Positions 19,801 through 28,730 of a DNA stretch of 64,000 bases are shown here, in pieces. The notes beneath the pieces are model-generated. The model worked only from the letters and a program-made list of their open reading frames with translations, made no database searches and was not told the DNA's origin. The position numbers and the translations under genes are program-made. The DNA comes from Gemmatimonadales bacterium (GTDB taxonomy: Bacteria > Gemmatimonadota > Gemmatimonadetes > Gemmatimonadales > GWC2-71-9): assembly GCA_037189525.1 (NCBI GenBank), contig JBBCJC010000001.1, positions 320,001-384,000 on the forward strand. Reading direction: 5' to 3'. Numbering within the stretch: position 1 is the stretch's first letter; the number at the start of each line of letters is the position of its first letter.

Positions 19801-21324
19801 CGCCGTCCGGGTATCCAGGCGGGCTCGGCCGCCGAGGACGCTACGCGGCTTGGTCCCGTCCTCGTGCTCGACCCGCCCCTGATAGGTCACGTTCTGCCAG
19901 GGACCGTCGAGACTGCCCGCCAAGCGCAACCGGCCGTCGAGCGCGACTGCCGGAGTAACCAGGCGGATGGTGCGCAAGTCGAGATCCGCATGGGGAATCC
20001 GGGTCTGGGCAAAGACCATACCCTCCGGGCCGCCTAACGCCAGGTCGCCCTCGATTGCCAGGCGGTTGTTCCCGCCGTCCGGCACCCGGGCGTCCTCGAA
20101 GAGCCAGTCGGCGCTGATGGTCATCGCGTCGAAGAAGCCGGTGACCTGGAGCGGACCGGTTATCCGCCCGACAAGCGGAAGGGTATCGAGAAACGGGCGG
20201 ACCATCTCCAGATCGAGCGACTGGAGATCGAGCGACAGGTCGCGGAAACCGAGCCCGCGGTAGACATCGACCAGCGCCACCATCCGGCCACGCACCCGGC
20301 TGCCGTCGCCCGCGACATCGAGATCGCGCACATCGTAGGCGGAGCGGCTCCCGGCCGGCGAACTCGCGATGACCTGTCCCCGTCCCTGCAGCGCGGGAAA
20401 GTTGGGCGAGATCCAGCGCAGGTCGACCAGATCGAGCGTCGGCGCATCGAGCCGGAAGTCGTACAGGATGGTATCGCGCGGCCAGTCGATCCTGCCGCCG
20501 CCCCGCACAATGGTGTTGGGCAGCGCGGCCCGCTCGACCTGGAAGAGCAAACTGTCTCCACCCTGCGTGAGAGTGGCCTGGAGGTCGCGCACCGCGATGG
20601 CCGGATCGCTGATCACCGTCGTCAGCGAATCGATCGCCATCGAGAACGGCGCGCCGTCGGGCGAGGAGATGGCCAGGCGCCGGAAGCGGGCGGTCAGCCG
20701 ATCCAAAGTGCGTTCGATCAGCAGCGCATCCTCGGGCCGCGCCGCCTGCTCGATCCGGCGGCCCGGCTTGGCCCGTTCCGCAGCAAGCGCTGAGTCTTTC
20801 TGGACCTGGGTGCGCAGCCGGCCATCGGGATTCCAAGGAAGCCGGATGGTGACATGGGCCCGGTCGAGCGCCAGATCCTCGACCAGTACCAGCGGCTTGG
20901 CCCGCTTGACGGTGTCGGTGGACGGAAGGCCCAGGCGGAAGATCTCTTCGTAGTTGAGCCGGCCGTTCCGATGCCGGACGATCTCGAGCCGGGCATCGCT
21001 GACCCGGGCATCCCGAAACACGAAGCGCCGGGCCAGAAAATCGCCGAAGCGGTATCCGACCTCGATGCGCGACGCATCCACCAGCAACTCGCCGGCCGTG
21101 TCACGGATCACGACGGAATCGAGCACCAGATCGCCCAGGAAGCTACCCTGAATCGCGCCGATCCGGATCGAGCCTTCGACCAGCCGAATCGATTCATCCG
21201 TCACCACCCGCGCCAGCAACGCTCGGCCCGGCGCCAGCGCCGTCAGCGCAGCAACCGTTCCGAACACCGCCGCCAGCACCGAGACGGCAAAGACGAAGAC
21301 GAATCGCGTCAGGCGGCGTAGCAT
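16852..21324 (-). CDS. tamB: TamB/AsmA-like translocation and assembly module protein
   Basis: 1490 aa with an N-terminal anchor, beta-rich repeats and a C-terminal DUF490-like region. Directly follows an Omp85 gene. Confidence 0.8.
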   Translation of the reverse strand: MLRRLTRFVFVFAVSVLAAVFGTVAALTALAPGRALLARVVTDESIRLVEGSIRIGAIQGSFLGDLVLDSVVIRDTAGELLVDASRIEVGYRFGDFLARRFVFRDARVSDARLEIVRHRNGRLNYEEIFRLGLPSTDTVKRAKPLVLVEDLALDRAHVTIRLPWNPDGRLRTQVQKDSALAAERAKPGRRIEQAARPEDALLIERTLDRLTARFRRLAISSPDGAPFSMAIDSLTTVISDPAIAVRDLQATLTQGGDSLLFQVERAALPNTIVRGGGRIDWPRDTILYDFRLDAPTLDLVDLRWISPNFPALQGRGQVIASSPAGSRSAYDVRDLDVAGDGSRVRGRMVALVDVYRGLGFRDLSLDLQSLDLEMVRPFLDTLPLVGRITGPLQVTGFFDAMTISADWLFEDARVPDGGNNRLAIEGDLALGGPEGMVFAQTRIPHADLDLRTIRLVTPAVALDGRLRLAGSLDGPWQNVTYQGRVEHEDGTKPRSVLGGRARLDTRTATLGLDADLTVDTLAFDGIRGSFPTLTLQGMVAGTLKMSGYLDALWVEGGLAGQIGNYRFIGRTSLEPPRLGADSLRVSFERANLAMLMPTGPVTSLAGQATLTGVIDSAVAPDAVVDLALRRSSVRSFVFDSAWARLAIRDSLITVDTAGIIWPGGGAYLAGSFGWAEPHQGSLKGTVAALNLAPFDSLAAELAGLDRAALIEEDLMSGRARGTFSLEGSLDRWNAVADIRLDSAAWLRNQVRLGTIQIQASGVAPDSLVMGLTLAVDTLASGKLRFADLEAGLLGTPARFDWNVRGASGTAARLAALGQWRAGADSIRVLQVDSLALGLLGRQWRLQRPAMFTVDSVTAADTVLIATDDGSGTIRLEGVLPGRNEGRAHLQASGISLRDIYALAQRDTAGIGGSLGVDVRVAGTMALPTFRGSATLTGPVVGQVKAPLVRAVFNYDDRLLQSNLSFWRTGRPILDIDARLPLDLSVGEVARRQIPGELVIRGQADSVDLAVIEALTPNLRGVVGTLALDAQVGGSWEAPRLAGQVTVADAALYVPGLGVGYGPMFGRVRLAGDSIVADSVVIRSDIGEARIGGAVRLERLTTPVLGLELSARDFLLIDVPEYLTFRATGDVALDGPLVRPVLSGSIRATNSVVYFADLLSKNVINLEDPANIDLVDTTALRAQGLGAQFQSRFLDSLTIRDLSVRVAQDVWLRSSEANVQLEGQVSVNKERRRAGRSEFRVSGELTVPRGTYTFRPGLGVARTFTVEQGTVRYFNTPDMNASLDLTARYVVRTVSGTTTGTADYPIIARITGTLLAPNLQLTSEPGRQQFPERELVSLLVFGTVSSGVRNAFEDQGRVVAALASKVLTSELERSLISSKDSPFDLVEISPGFAQGNTALATGGSVTRLSLGRQLTRRLFATLSLGGCVVEGLQVELNRRYLGASLEYRLHPTLKIQVAAEPVQSCLSQVAASLIRPSRYQFGADIKWDREY

Positions 21325-23459
21325 CAGAACGCCTGCCCGATCGAAACCTGGAGGTTGAACTTGCCGGTCCGCGGCTTCCGGTAGTCGCTCCGCACCAGCG
21401 TCAGTTCTTCATTCAGAACCGAGTAGAGTCCGCCCGCTGCGTAGGGTGAGTTGGTATAGGCAATGTCGGCTCGCATCGGGCCGAGCGGCGTCCCGAATCT
21501 GATCCCGACGCCCGGAGTGACCCGCAACGCCGCGCTCGACGCGAGCGACCCGCCCCGTTCCCAGACCGTGCCCGCATCGACGAACAGCGCCCACCGGAGC
21601 CGCCCGCCCAGGAGCGGCGACGGCAGCCGGAGTTCCAGGTTGCTGACCACGAGCGTGTTCCCGCCGATCGGCGCCACCTGCACCGAGTCGGCCTCGATCA
21701 CCTCGCCATCCTCGGTCAGGTTGCCGGCGGACGTGACGTACACCACCGGCCCCAGTTCGTTCCGATCGTAGCCGCGGACATCGTTGGCCCCGCCGGCGTA
21801 GAAGCGCTGATCGGGCGGAATGAAGCTGGCCTCGCCGGCGCCGAGCTGAAGCCGCGGCGATACCGCCGCTCCGGCCTTGATGTGCGCAGCCAGCACGACC
21901 TCGCGGCCAAGCGGGGTGTACCAGGAGGCCTCACCGACCAGCCGGGTAAATTCGGAAAACCGGCTCGAACCGATCAGCGGCGAACTGACCGTAGCTTCGA
22001 GGCTGTAAAAGGAACCTCGGGTCGGATCGAGCGCATTGTTGACCCGCTGCCGGCTGACCGTCCCGATCAGCGACGCGGAAAACCGGCGCTCCCTGAGCTG
22101 CGCAATGTCGTCCTGCCGGCAGGCCAGGAAGAAGGCGCAGAAGCTGACGGCCGTCGCCTGCGTGGAACCGTAGGCCAGCCGGTAGGTGAGCGAGAAGGGA
22201 ACCCCGCGATAACTTTCCCGGGTGAAGGTGACGCTGGTCCCCACTTCGTCCCGCAGATAGATCCGATACTCCGACCGCCGCTCACCGAACACGGTGCCGG
22301 TAATCGAATTCGAGGGCGACAGAAACGCGGGCCGCCGGATCGACGCCGAGAGCGCGTAGTTGACCTTGCTCGACCCGATGGTATCGGCTTCGAGGCCGTT
22401 GCAGATGGTCGACGCGAGCGGATCGAGCGCCACGCCCAGCTTCGACACCGATCCGTTGAAGTCGAGTTGTCGCCCGCGGCCGCCGACGTTGCGCGCGGTC
22501 CACCCCGCATTGGCCCGTAAGCAGTCGTTGGTGGCGATACCGAGTCCCGACCGGACCCGGAAGTGCGGACCCTCCTGGATCTGCACCAGAAGCGGCACCG
22601 CGGGGTCGCCCATGGTGAACCGGGTGGTGTCGACATCGACCGTCGCGAAACGGAAGAGACCCGATTGATAGAGGTTGAGCTGGCTGCGATAGATGTCGGT
22701 GTAGCGGAAGGTCCGACCCGGCCGCGCAGCAAGCAGCGACCGCACGAAGGAGGAATCGACCGACTCGGTGCCCTCGATCCGGATCGGGCCGATCACCGCG
22801 GGGGCTCCGGGATCGGCCACCAGCTCGATGTCGACGGTCCGCGCCTCCCGGTCGAGATCCCGCCTCCCCAGGAGCACTGACGCCGAGGGATAGCCACGAT
22901 CCCAGAGGCGGCTCTGGATCGTGTCCGCCGTGGCTTCGAGGCGGACATACCTGTCGTACGGCATTCCCACCTGCAACGGCAGATCACGCACGATACGCGG
23001 CCGGTCCGGGAGAGAATCGAGTCCCGCAATGGTGAGCGACCGGACCCGAACCGGCTCCCCTTCCGTGATGTGGAAGGTGATGTAGGCATCCGTTTCCGTG
23101 CGAACGATCGTGGTATCGATCTGCACATCCATGAAGCCGTTGAGCTGATAGAGGAGCCGCAGCCGCGCCAGATCGACGCGCAATTCCCGCTCATTGAGCC
23201 GGCGACGCTCGCCCAGACCGAGCCAGCTGATCCACGAATAGCGAACGAAGAAGCTCGAATTCGTCGTCGAAATCGCCGCGCCGAGCGTCACCGCATCGAG
23301 TGAACGATTGCCTTTGAAGTCGAGATGCCGAATCACGAGCCCCTGGTCCTGCGCATCGAGCTCAGCAACTGCAAATCCCAGCATCAGGACGAGCACGAGC
23401 CCCCGGCGGATCCGGCGCAATCCCGGAACTGCCAAAATCCGCAACACGGCGCCGCCCAT
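21324..23459 (-). CDS. BamA/TamA family (Omp85) outer membrane protein
   Basis: POTRA-like segments, RFYAGGANDVRGY, TPLGPMRAD and C-terminal IGQAF. Start uncertain. Confidence 0.92.
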   Translation of the reverse strand: MGGAVLRILAVPGLRRIRRGLVLVLMLGFAVAELDAQDQGLVIRHLDFKGNRSLDAVTLGAAISTTNSSFFVRYSWISWLGLGERRRLNERELRVDLARLRLLYQLNGFMDVQIDTTIVRTETDAYITFHITEGEPVRVRSLTIAGLDSLPDRPRIVRDLPLQVGMPYDRYVRLEATADTIQSRLWDRGYPSASVLLGRRDLDREARTVDIELVADPGAPAVIGPIRIEGTESVDSSFVRSLLAARPGRTFRYTDIYRSQLNLYQSGLFRFATVDVDTTRFTMGDPAVPLLVQIQEGPHFRVRSGLGIATNDCLRANAGWTARNVGGRGRQLDFNGSVSKLGVALDPLASTICNGLEADTIGSSKVNYALSASIRRPAFLSPSNSITGTVFGERRSEYRIYLRDEVGTSVTFTRESYRGVPFSLTYRLAYGSTQATAVSFCAFFLACRQDDIAQLRERRFSASLIGTVSRQRVNNALDPTRGSFYSLEATVSSPLIGSSRFSEFTRLVGEASWYTPLGREVVLAAHIKAGAAVSPRLQLGAGEASFIPPDQRFYAGGANDVRGYDRNELGPVVYVTSAGNLTEDGEVIEADSVQVAPIGGNTLVVSNLELRLPSPLLGGRLRWALFVDAGTVWERGGSLASSAALRVTPGVGIRFGTPLGPMRADIAYTNSPYAAGGLYSVLNEELTLVRSDYRKPRTGKFNLQVSIGQAF

Positions 23460-23619
23460 CGCGGCCCGAAACCGGTTCCTCGCCAAGCATGACCGCACTC
23501 GCTAAATGTAGTCTCCTGTTGACGTTACGCCATCCTGTGCCGAAATTCCAACGATCCGATCCACCGGAATTCGGCCGTCTGACTTCCGCTCACGCCTCTC
23601 CAACCGACTGTCTAGCTCC

Positions 23620-25137
23620 ATGACACTTTCTTTCGCTTCGATCCGGACGGCGATCCTGGTCACGTTGCTGGTGCCTAGCCTGGCCAGCTCGCAGTCGTTG
23701 ACGAAGAGACTGAACGAACGCCTCACACGGGCGCCGTTCGACCGGCATCACTGGGGCGTCGCCGTCCTGGACGAGCAGGGCAAGCTGCTGTTCGGCCACA
23801 ACGCCGAGCGGCTGTTTACCCCGGCCAGCAATACCAAATTGATCGTGACCGCCACGGCGACCATGCTGCTGGGCCCCGACGCCACGGTGCGAACCCCGGT
23901 CTACCTGGACGGGCCGGTCAACCAGGGCACGCTCGAGGGGAACGTGATCCTCTACGGTAACGGCGACGCCACCTGGGCCAGCCGATGCTACGCAGTGGAC
24001 TCCCTGGCCGCCGGCGCCTGCACGACTGATCCGTTCGCCCCCCTCCGCCCGGTCGCCGGCGCCCTGAAGCGACTCGGCGTTCGCCAGATCACCGGGCAGG
24101 TGGTGGGCGACGGCAGCTTCTTCGAACCCGCGATCCATCACCCGACCTGGGAAATCGGCGATCTGGTCTGGGCCTATGGCGCTCCCGTCTCGGGGCTCGG
24201 CTTCAACGAGAACACCATCCAGGCCACCATCCGCCCCGGACCCACCCCCGGCGCTCTGGCTTCCATCAGCCTCTGGCCCGATCTCGGCGCGCTGGCGGTC
24301 GACAACCGTCTGGTCACCGTACCCGACTCGGAACGGAGCCGGATGGAGTGGACGCGTGGTCCCGACGGGGTCACCGCCGTGGTCACCGGCACCATCCGGG
24401 TGAGCGACCGCGAGCGCCGCAACACCCTCGCCGCGCCGGACCCGAACCGCTACGCCGCCCTCGCGCTGCACCAGGTCCTCGCCGACTCGGGGATCGTGGT
24501 ACTCGGCGGCGTCTCGAGCACCACCGATCCGCTTGCCACGCAGGCGGCCCGGCGCAGTCCGCCGGTTGCCGAGATCGTGTCGCGTCCGATTCGCGACTGG
24601 GTCTTTCCGGTGCTCAACGTCAGCCAGAACTGGGTCGCCGAGATGCTGCTCAAGCAGCTGGGCAAACGATTCGAATCCGAGGGATCGTGGGAGGCAGGAA
24701 TCAAGGTCGAACGACGGTTCCTGATCGATGTGGTCGGCGCCGACTCGACCCAGTTCTCCGTCCAGGACGGCTCCGGCCTGTCGGCCCAGAACAGCGTCTC
24801 GCCGCTGACCTTTGCGCGGCTCCTGGCGTTCATGCAGAAGCAGCCGCAGTACGCCGCCTTTGCCGCCGGGATGCCGCAGAGTGGCTCGGTAGGTTCGCTG
24901 CGTAACCGGTTCCTCACTACTCCGGTGGCGCAACGGGTCTGGGCCAAGACGGGCAGCATCGCCCAGGTCAACAGTCTCTCGGGGTACATCGGCGGGACGA
25001 CGCTCGGCGGGGCCCATTGCCGGATCTTCAGCGTCCAGGCCATGAACCACATTCTGGGCGGCCAGACCATGATTCGCGCCATCGACAGCGTCGTTACCGA
25101 CATCGGTGCGCAGAGCCGCTGCAGCGTCAAACGGTGA
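23620..25137 (+). CDS. dacB: D-Ala-D-Ala carboxypeptidase/endopeptidase PBP4
   Basis: PASNTK (SxxK), SQN (SxN), DGSGLS and AKTG. Confidence 0.93.
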   Translation: MTLSFASIRTAILVTLLVPSLASSQSLTKRLNERLTRAPFDRHHWGVAVLDEQGKLLFGHNAERLFTPASNTKLIVTATATMLLGPDATVRTPVYLDGPVNQGTLEGNVILYGNGDATWASRCYAVDSLAAGACTTDPFAPLRPVAGALKRLGVRQITGQVVGDGSFFEPAIHHPTWEIGDLVWAYGAPVSGLGFNENTIQATIRPGPTPGALASISLWPDLGALAVDNRLVTVPDSERSRMEWTRGPDGVTAVVTGTIRVSDRERRNTLAAPDPNRYAALALHQVLADSGIVVLGGVSSTTDPLATQAARRSPPVAEIVSRPIRDWVFPVLNVSQNWVAEMLLKQLGKRFESEGSWEAGIKVERRFLIDVVGADSTQFSVQDGSGLSAQNSVSPLTFARLLAFMQKQPQYAAFAAGMPQSGSVGSLRNRFLTTPVAQRVWAKTGSIAQVNSLSGYIGGTTLGGAHCRIFSVQAMNHILGGQTMIRAIDSVVTDIGAQSRCSVKR

Positions 25138-25183
25138 CGGAGCGGACTATACTTCCCCCGTTCCACAGGAAGCGAGGGACGGC

Positions 25184-25726
25184 GTGAAGATCTATACTCG
25201 AACGGGCGACAAGGGGACCACCGGGCTCTTCGGCGGCGGGCGGGTTCCCAAGTCGCACCCGCGCGTGGCGGCCTACGGCGATGTCGACGAACTGAATTCC
25301 GTGCTCGGCGTGGTCCGCGCCACCGGCCCGGACCTGTTCGACCCGGAACTCGAACGCATCCAGCGCGATCTGTTCTCTATCGGAGGCCACCTGGCCACGC
25401 CCGAACCGGACAAGGTCAGAGCCGCGCTGGCCAAGGCAGACCTGGGTGAAGGGCGCATCGACGAACTCGAGCGGCTGATCGACTCGGCCGACGAACAACT
25501 CCCGCCGCTCCGGGCATTCGTCCTCCCGGGCGGAAGTCCCAAAGCCGCCCATCTCCACGTGGCGCGAACGGTCTGCCGCCGGGCCGAGCGCCATGTGGTC
25601 GCCCTGGCCGCCGAGGACGAGATTCCCGCCCTCTTCGTCAGCTATCTCAATCGCTTGAGCGATCTGCTGTTCACCTGGGCCAGGCTCGCCAACCACCACG
25701 AGGGACGCGGCGACATTACATGGTAG
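25184..25726 (+). CDS. PduO-type cob(I)alamin adenosyltransferase
   Basis: KIYTRTGDKGTT, YGDVDELNS, RTVCRRAER and YLNRLSD. Confidence 0.95.
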   Translation: MKIYTRTGDKGTTGLFGGGRVPKSHPRVAAYGDVDELNSVLGVVRATGPDLFDPELERIQRDLFSIGGHLATPEPDKVRAALAKADLGEGRIDELERLIDSADEQLPPLRAFVLPGGSPKAAHLHVARTVCRRAERHVVALAAEDEIPALFVSYLNRLSDLLFTWARLANHHEGRGDITW

Positions 25727-26814
25727 CCGGCACACGGATCGAGGTCCGCCACGCCACCGGACACTATCCGGTCATCATCCGGGCGGGCCTGCTGGACGAT
25801 CTAGCATTGATTGCCGAGGAGATCCTGCCGGGCCGGCGCCTGGTAGCGATTACCGACCGCAACGTGGCCCGCGCCGTCCCCCCGACCCTCAAGTGCCCGT
25901 TTCTGGTGGTGCCGCCGGGAGAAGGCTCCAAGACCCGGCGGCGCTGGGCCGATCTGACCGATCAGCTCCTCACGTTAGGCCTGACTCGGCACGGCGCGCT
26001 GGTGGCCGTCGGCGGGGGCGTCGTCGGTGACCTGACCGGGTTCATCGCGGCCACCTATCTCCGCGGCATTCCGTTCCTCCAGGTCCCCACCTCGCTGCTC
26101 GCCATGGTCGACGCATCGGTAGGCGGCAAAACCGGGGTCAACACGCGGCACGGCAAGAACCTGGTCGGCGCCTTCCATCCGCCGGCCGCCGTGATCGTCG
26201 ACCCGCTGGCGATCCGGTCGCTCCGAAGTGCGCACGTCCGGGGCGGCCTGATGGAAGCGGTCAAGCACGGCCTGGTGGCCGACGCCGCCTACTACGACTG
26301 GATTGCCGAGTCGACCCGGGCGCTCCTGGCGCGCGATGCCACCGCCGTGACCCGCCTGGTCGAAACCAGCGTCACCATCAAAGCCGACGTGGTGGGCGAC
26401 GACGAAAAGGAGGCCGGACGGCGCGCCATTCTCAACGCCGGGCACACCGTAGCCCACGCGTTGGAGCGCTGGTCGGGGTACCGTATTCCACATGGCGACG
26501 CCGTCGGCATCGGGCTCCATGTGGAAACCGTACTGGCCGAAGATCTGGGCCTGGCGCCGCAGGGTACCGCCGCGCTGCTCCAGCGGCGTCTCACTGCACT
26601 CGGCTTGACCCTGACGCTGCCGCCGGCGAGCGACGACGATGCGCTGCTCGAGGCGATGCACCATGACAAAAAGGTCCGGGACCACGCCATCCGCTTCGCG
26701 CTTCCGCGACAGCCCGGCGCCCTTGGTGCGCTCGCGGCGGACTGGACCACCGCCGTACCGGACGACATCGTTAGGCAATCGTTAGGCAGGGTCCGTTCGC
26801 TTTACGGCGCCTGA
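25720..26814 (+). CDS. aroB: 3-dehydroquinate synthase
   Basis: GGGVVGD, PTSLLAMVDASVGGKTGVN, LNAGHT and HGDAV. Confidence 0.96.
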   Translation: MVAGTRIEVRHATGHYPVIIRAGLLDDLALIAEEILPGRRLVAITDRNVARAVPPTLKCPFLVVPPGEGSKTRRRWADLTDQLLTLGLTRHGALVAVGGGVVGDLTGFIAATYLRGIPFLQVPTSLLAMVDASVGGKTGVNTRHGKNLVGAFHPPAAVIVDPLAIRSLRSAHVRGGLMEAVKHGLVADAAYYDWIAESTRALLARDATAVTRLVETSVTIKADVVGDDEKEAGRRAILNAGHTVAHALERWSGYRIPHGDAVGIGLHVETVLAEDLGLAPQGTAALLQRRLTALGLTLTLPPASDDDALLEAMHHDKKVRDHAIRFALPRQPGALGALAADWTTAVPDDIVRQSLGRVRSLYGA

Positions 26815-27051
26815 TCTTGTCCACAGCGCCGCCTCGGCATTATGGCGCAGCAAATCGTTGACAATCAATGAGTTATCTCACTTTTCCACGAGCATGTGGA
26901 TTACAGGATTTCGGCCCATGTTGACGAACATCGCAAGTCGTTGACTGCCTAACGAATCGCGATGTTGACGGCCTAACGCTATTGACGGTTCGCCCGGCCG
27001 ATCCCTAGATTGGATGCCGGTTTTCCTGAACCAAATCGCTGTTGTAACAAC
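26767..27051. promoter_or_regulatory. Repeat-rich control region with DnaA-like boxes upstream of the sigma factor
   Basis: TTGTCCACA at 26817, TTTTCCACG at 26882 and TGTGGATTA at 26895; five TTGAC motifs; direct repeat GTTGAC(T/G)GCCTAACG; promoter-like TTGACG-18-TAGATT at 26982-27011; palindrome GTTGTAACAAC at 27041. Confidence 0.55.
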
Positions 27052-27104
27052 GCGCTCGCATTCCTGAGCCCCAAGGCACCCGACCGTCTCCCAGTCGAGG
27101 TTGT

Positions 27105-28001
27105 ATGCGCACGTACCGCGATCGCCGGCCACGCTCGCTCGCCCGGTCTACCGCTGGTGGTTCCTTCGATCAGTACCTGCTGGACATTCGCAAGTTGCCG
27201 ATGATCACCGATCCCAAAGAGGAGATCCGGCTGGCCAAACGCGCCCAGAAAGGCGACGTCGACGCCATGGACCGGTTGGTGACGGCCAACCTGCGTTTCG
27301 TGATCTCGTACGTGAAGCGGTTCCAGGGCCACGGCCTCGACCTGGGCGAGCTGGTGGCCATCGGCAACGAGGGCCTGCTCAAGGCGGTCAAGAAGTTCGA
27401 CCCGGCCCACGGCGTGAAGTTCATCAGCTACGCCGTCTGGTGGGTCCGTCAGTGCGTCCTCAAAGCGCTGGCCGAACAGACCCGCACCGTCCGCATCCCG
27501 CTCAATCAAAACGCCGCCCTGCTCCGAATGGCCAAGGTCGAAAGCCTGCTCTCGCAGGAACTGGGACGCTCGCCGACCGACGCCGAGACGGCGCAGGTGC
27601 TGGGTGAGTCCGTCGATACGATCCGGTCGGCCCGGCTGGTCTCGACCGTGGAGATGTCGCTCGACGCCCCGGTCGAACGCAACGAATCGGGCTCGGCCAC
27701 CTTCGGTGAGCGGGTCACCGGTGCCGCCGGCGGTGAGATCGAAGACTTCGTCGATACCGGCCTGCAGCGGGAGTTTCTGGCCAAACTGTTCGAGACCTAC
27801 CTGACCCCGCGGGAGCGCCGGATCCTGGCGCTCTACTACGGCCTGGACGAAGGCTCCGAATCGCTCACGCTGGAAGGGATCGGCTCCCTGCTCGGCGTGA
27901 CCCGGGAGCGGGTCCGGCAGATCCGCGAACGCGCCTTCGAAAAACTCCGCAACTCGCCCGAAGTCCGCTGTCTTCGGGTTCCTCCGGCCGAGATGGCCTG
28001 A
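27105..28001 (+). CDS. RpoD/SigA-like sigma-70 factor lacking region 1.1
   Basis: LVTANLRFV, GNEGLLKAVKKFD, KFISYAVWWVRQ and TRERVRQIRERA. Confidence 0.95.
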   Translation: MRTYRDRRPRSLARSTAGGSFDQYLLDIRKLPMITDPKEEIRLAKRAQKGDVDAMDRLVTANLRFVISYVKRFQGHGLDLGELVAIGNEGLLKAVKKFDPAHGVKFISYAVWWVRQCVLKALAEQTRTVRIPLNQNAALLRMAKVESLLSQELGRSPTDAETAQVLGESVDTIRSARLVSTVEMSLDAPVERNESGSATFGERVTGAAGGEIEDFVDTGLQREFLAKLFETYLTPRERRILALYYGLDEGSESLTLEGIGSLLGVTRERVRQIRERAFEKLRNSPEVRCLRVPPAEMA

Positions 28002-28029
28002 GCTCCGGAAAAAACCGGGAGGTGGAACG

Positions 28030-28061
28030 ACGGGAGCGCCAGGGCGCTCCCGTTTTCTCTT
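28030..28061 (+). terminator. Intrinsic terminator after the sigma factor gene
   Basis: ACGGGAGCGC-CAGG-GCGCTCCCGT followed by TTTCTCTT. Confidence 0.8.
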
Positions 28062-28082
28062 CCGCTCCGTCTACATTGCGGG

Positions 28083-28730
28083 ATGGCCTGGTATCCTCTA
28101 TTCCCGCTGCCGGTCGTCCTCTTTCCGGGGGCCTTGCTGCCGCTTCACATTTTCGAGCCGCGCTACCGCGCCATGATTGCCGATTGCGCCGAAGGCAATC
28201 AGCGTTTCGTGCTGCTCCCGCCCGGAGAGGATCAGGAAGCGCCGGCGCCAGGCACGGTCGGGACGATCGCGCGGATCCGGGCGGTCCAGCCGCTCACCGA
28301 TGGGCGCTCGAACATCGCGGTCTCGGGAGAAGAGCGGATCTCGCTGACGGTTCTCGCGCCGAGCGATCGTCCCTACCTGGTCGGCGAGGTCGCTTCGTTG
28401 GCGGACTTCGACGAATCGCCTGGGGTGTCACCCGCGGACACGGCTCGCCTCCTGGCGTTCGGCGAACGGTACGTCAACGCCTTGAGCACCATGAGCGAAA
28501 CGGAGCCCGACGCCGATCTGTCGGTCGACCCCGGAACGCTCACCTTTCAGATCGCTTCGCTGACGGAGTGGGATTTCCCCACCAAGCAGCACTTTCTCAC
28601 GCTCCGATCGACGCGTGAACGGGTCGAACGATTGCTCGCGGCACTGCCCTCGATGCTCGGCGACGTCGAAGCCCGCGCGGCAACCCATCGCGGCGCCAAG
28701 CTGAACGGGAAAGGAAAGCACCACGCGTGA
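28083..28730 (+). CDS. Stand-alone Lon substrate-binding (N) domain protein
   Basis: PLFPLPVVLFPGALLPLHIFEPRY. No AAA or protease domain. Confidence 0.92.
   Translation: MAWYPLFPLPVVLFPGALLPLHIFEPRYRAMIADCAEGNQRFVLLPPGEDQEAPAPGTVGTIARIRAVQPLTDGRSNIAVSGEERISLTVLAPSDRPYLVGEVASLADFDESPGVSPADTARLLAFGERYVNALSTMSETEPDADLSVDPGTLTFQIASLTEWDFPTKQHFLTLRSTRERVERLLAALPSMLGDVEARAATHRGAKLNGKGKHHA

Noticed and set aside
26830..26860. dif-like site (minus strand TGCGCCATAATG resembles a XerC arm)
   Set aside because: No XerD arm (TTATGTTAAA-like) at the required 6-bp spacing.
26767..26978. Integron attC site suggested by GTTAGGC/GCCTAAC core sequences
   Set aside because: attC needs RYYYAAC first and GTTRRRY last with internal L boxes. 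Here the order is reversed, two copies lie inside aroB, and no integrase or cassette array is present.
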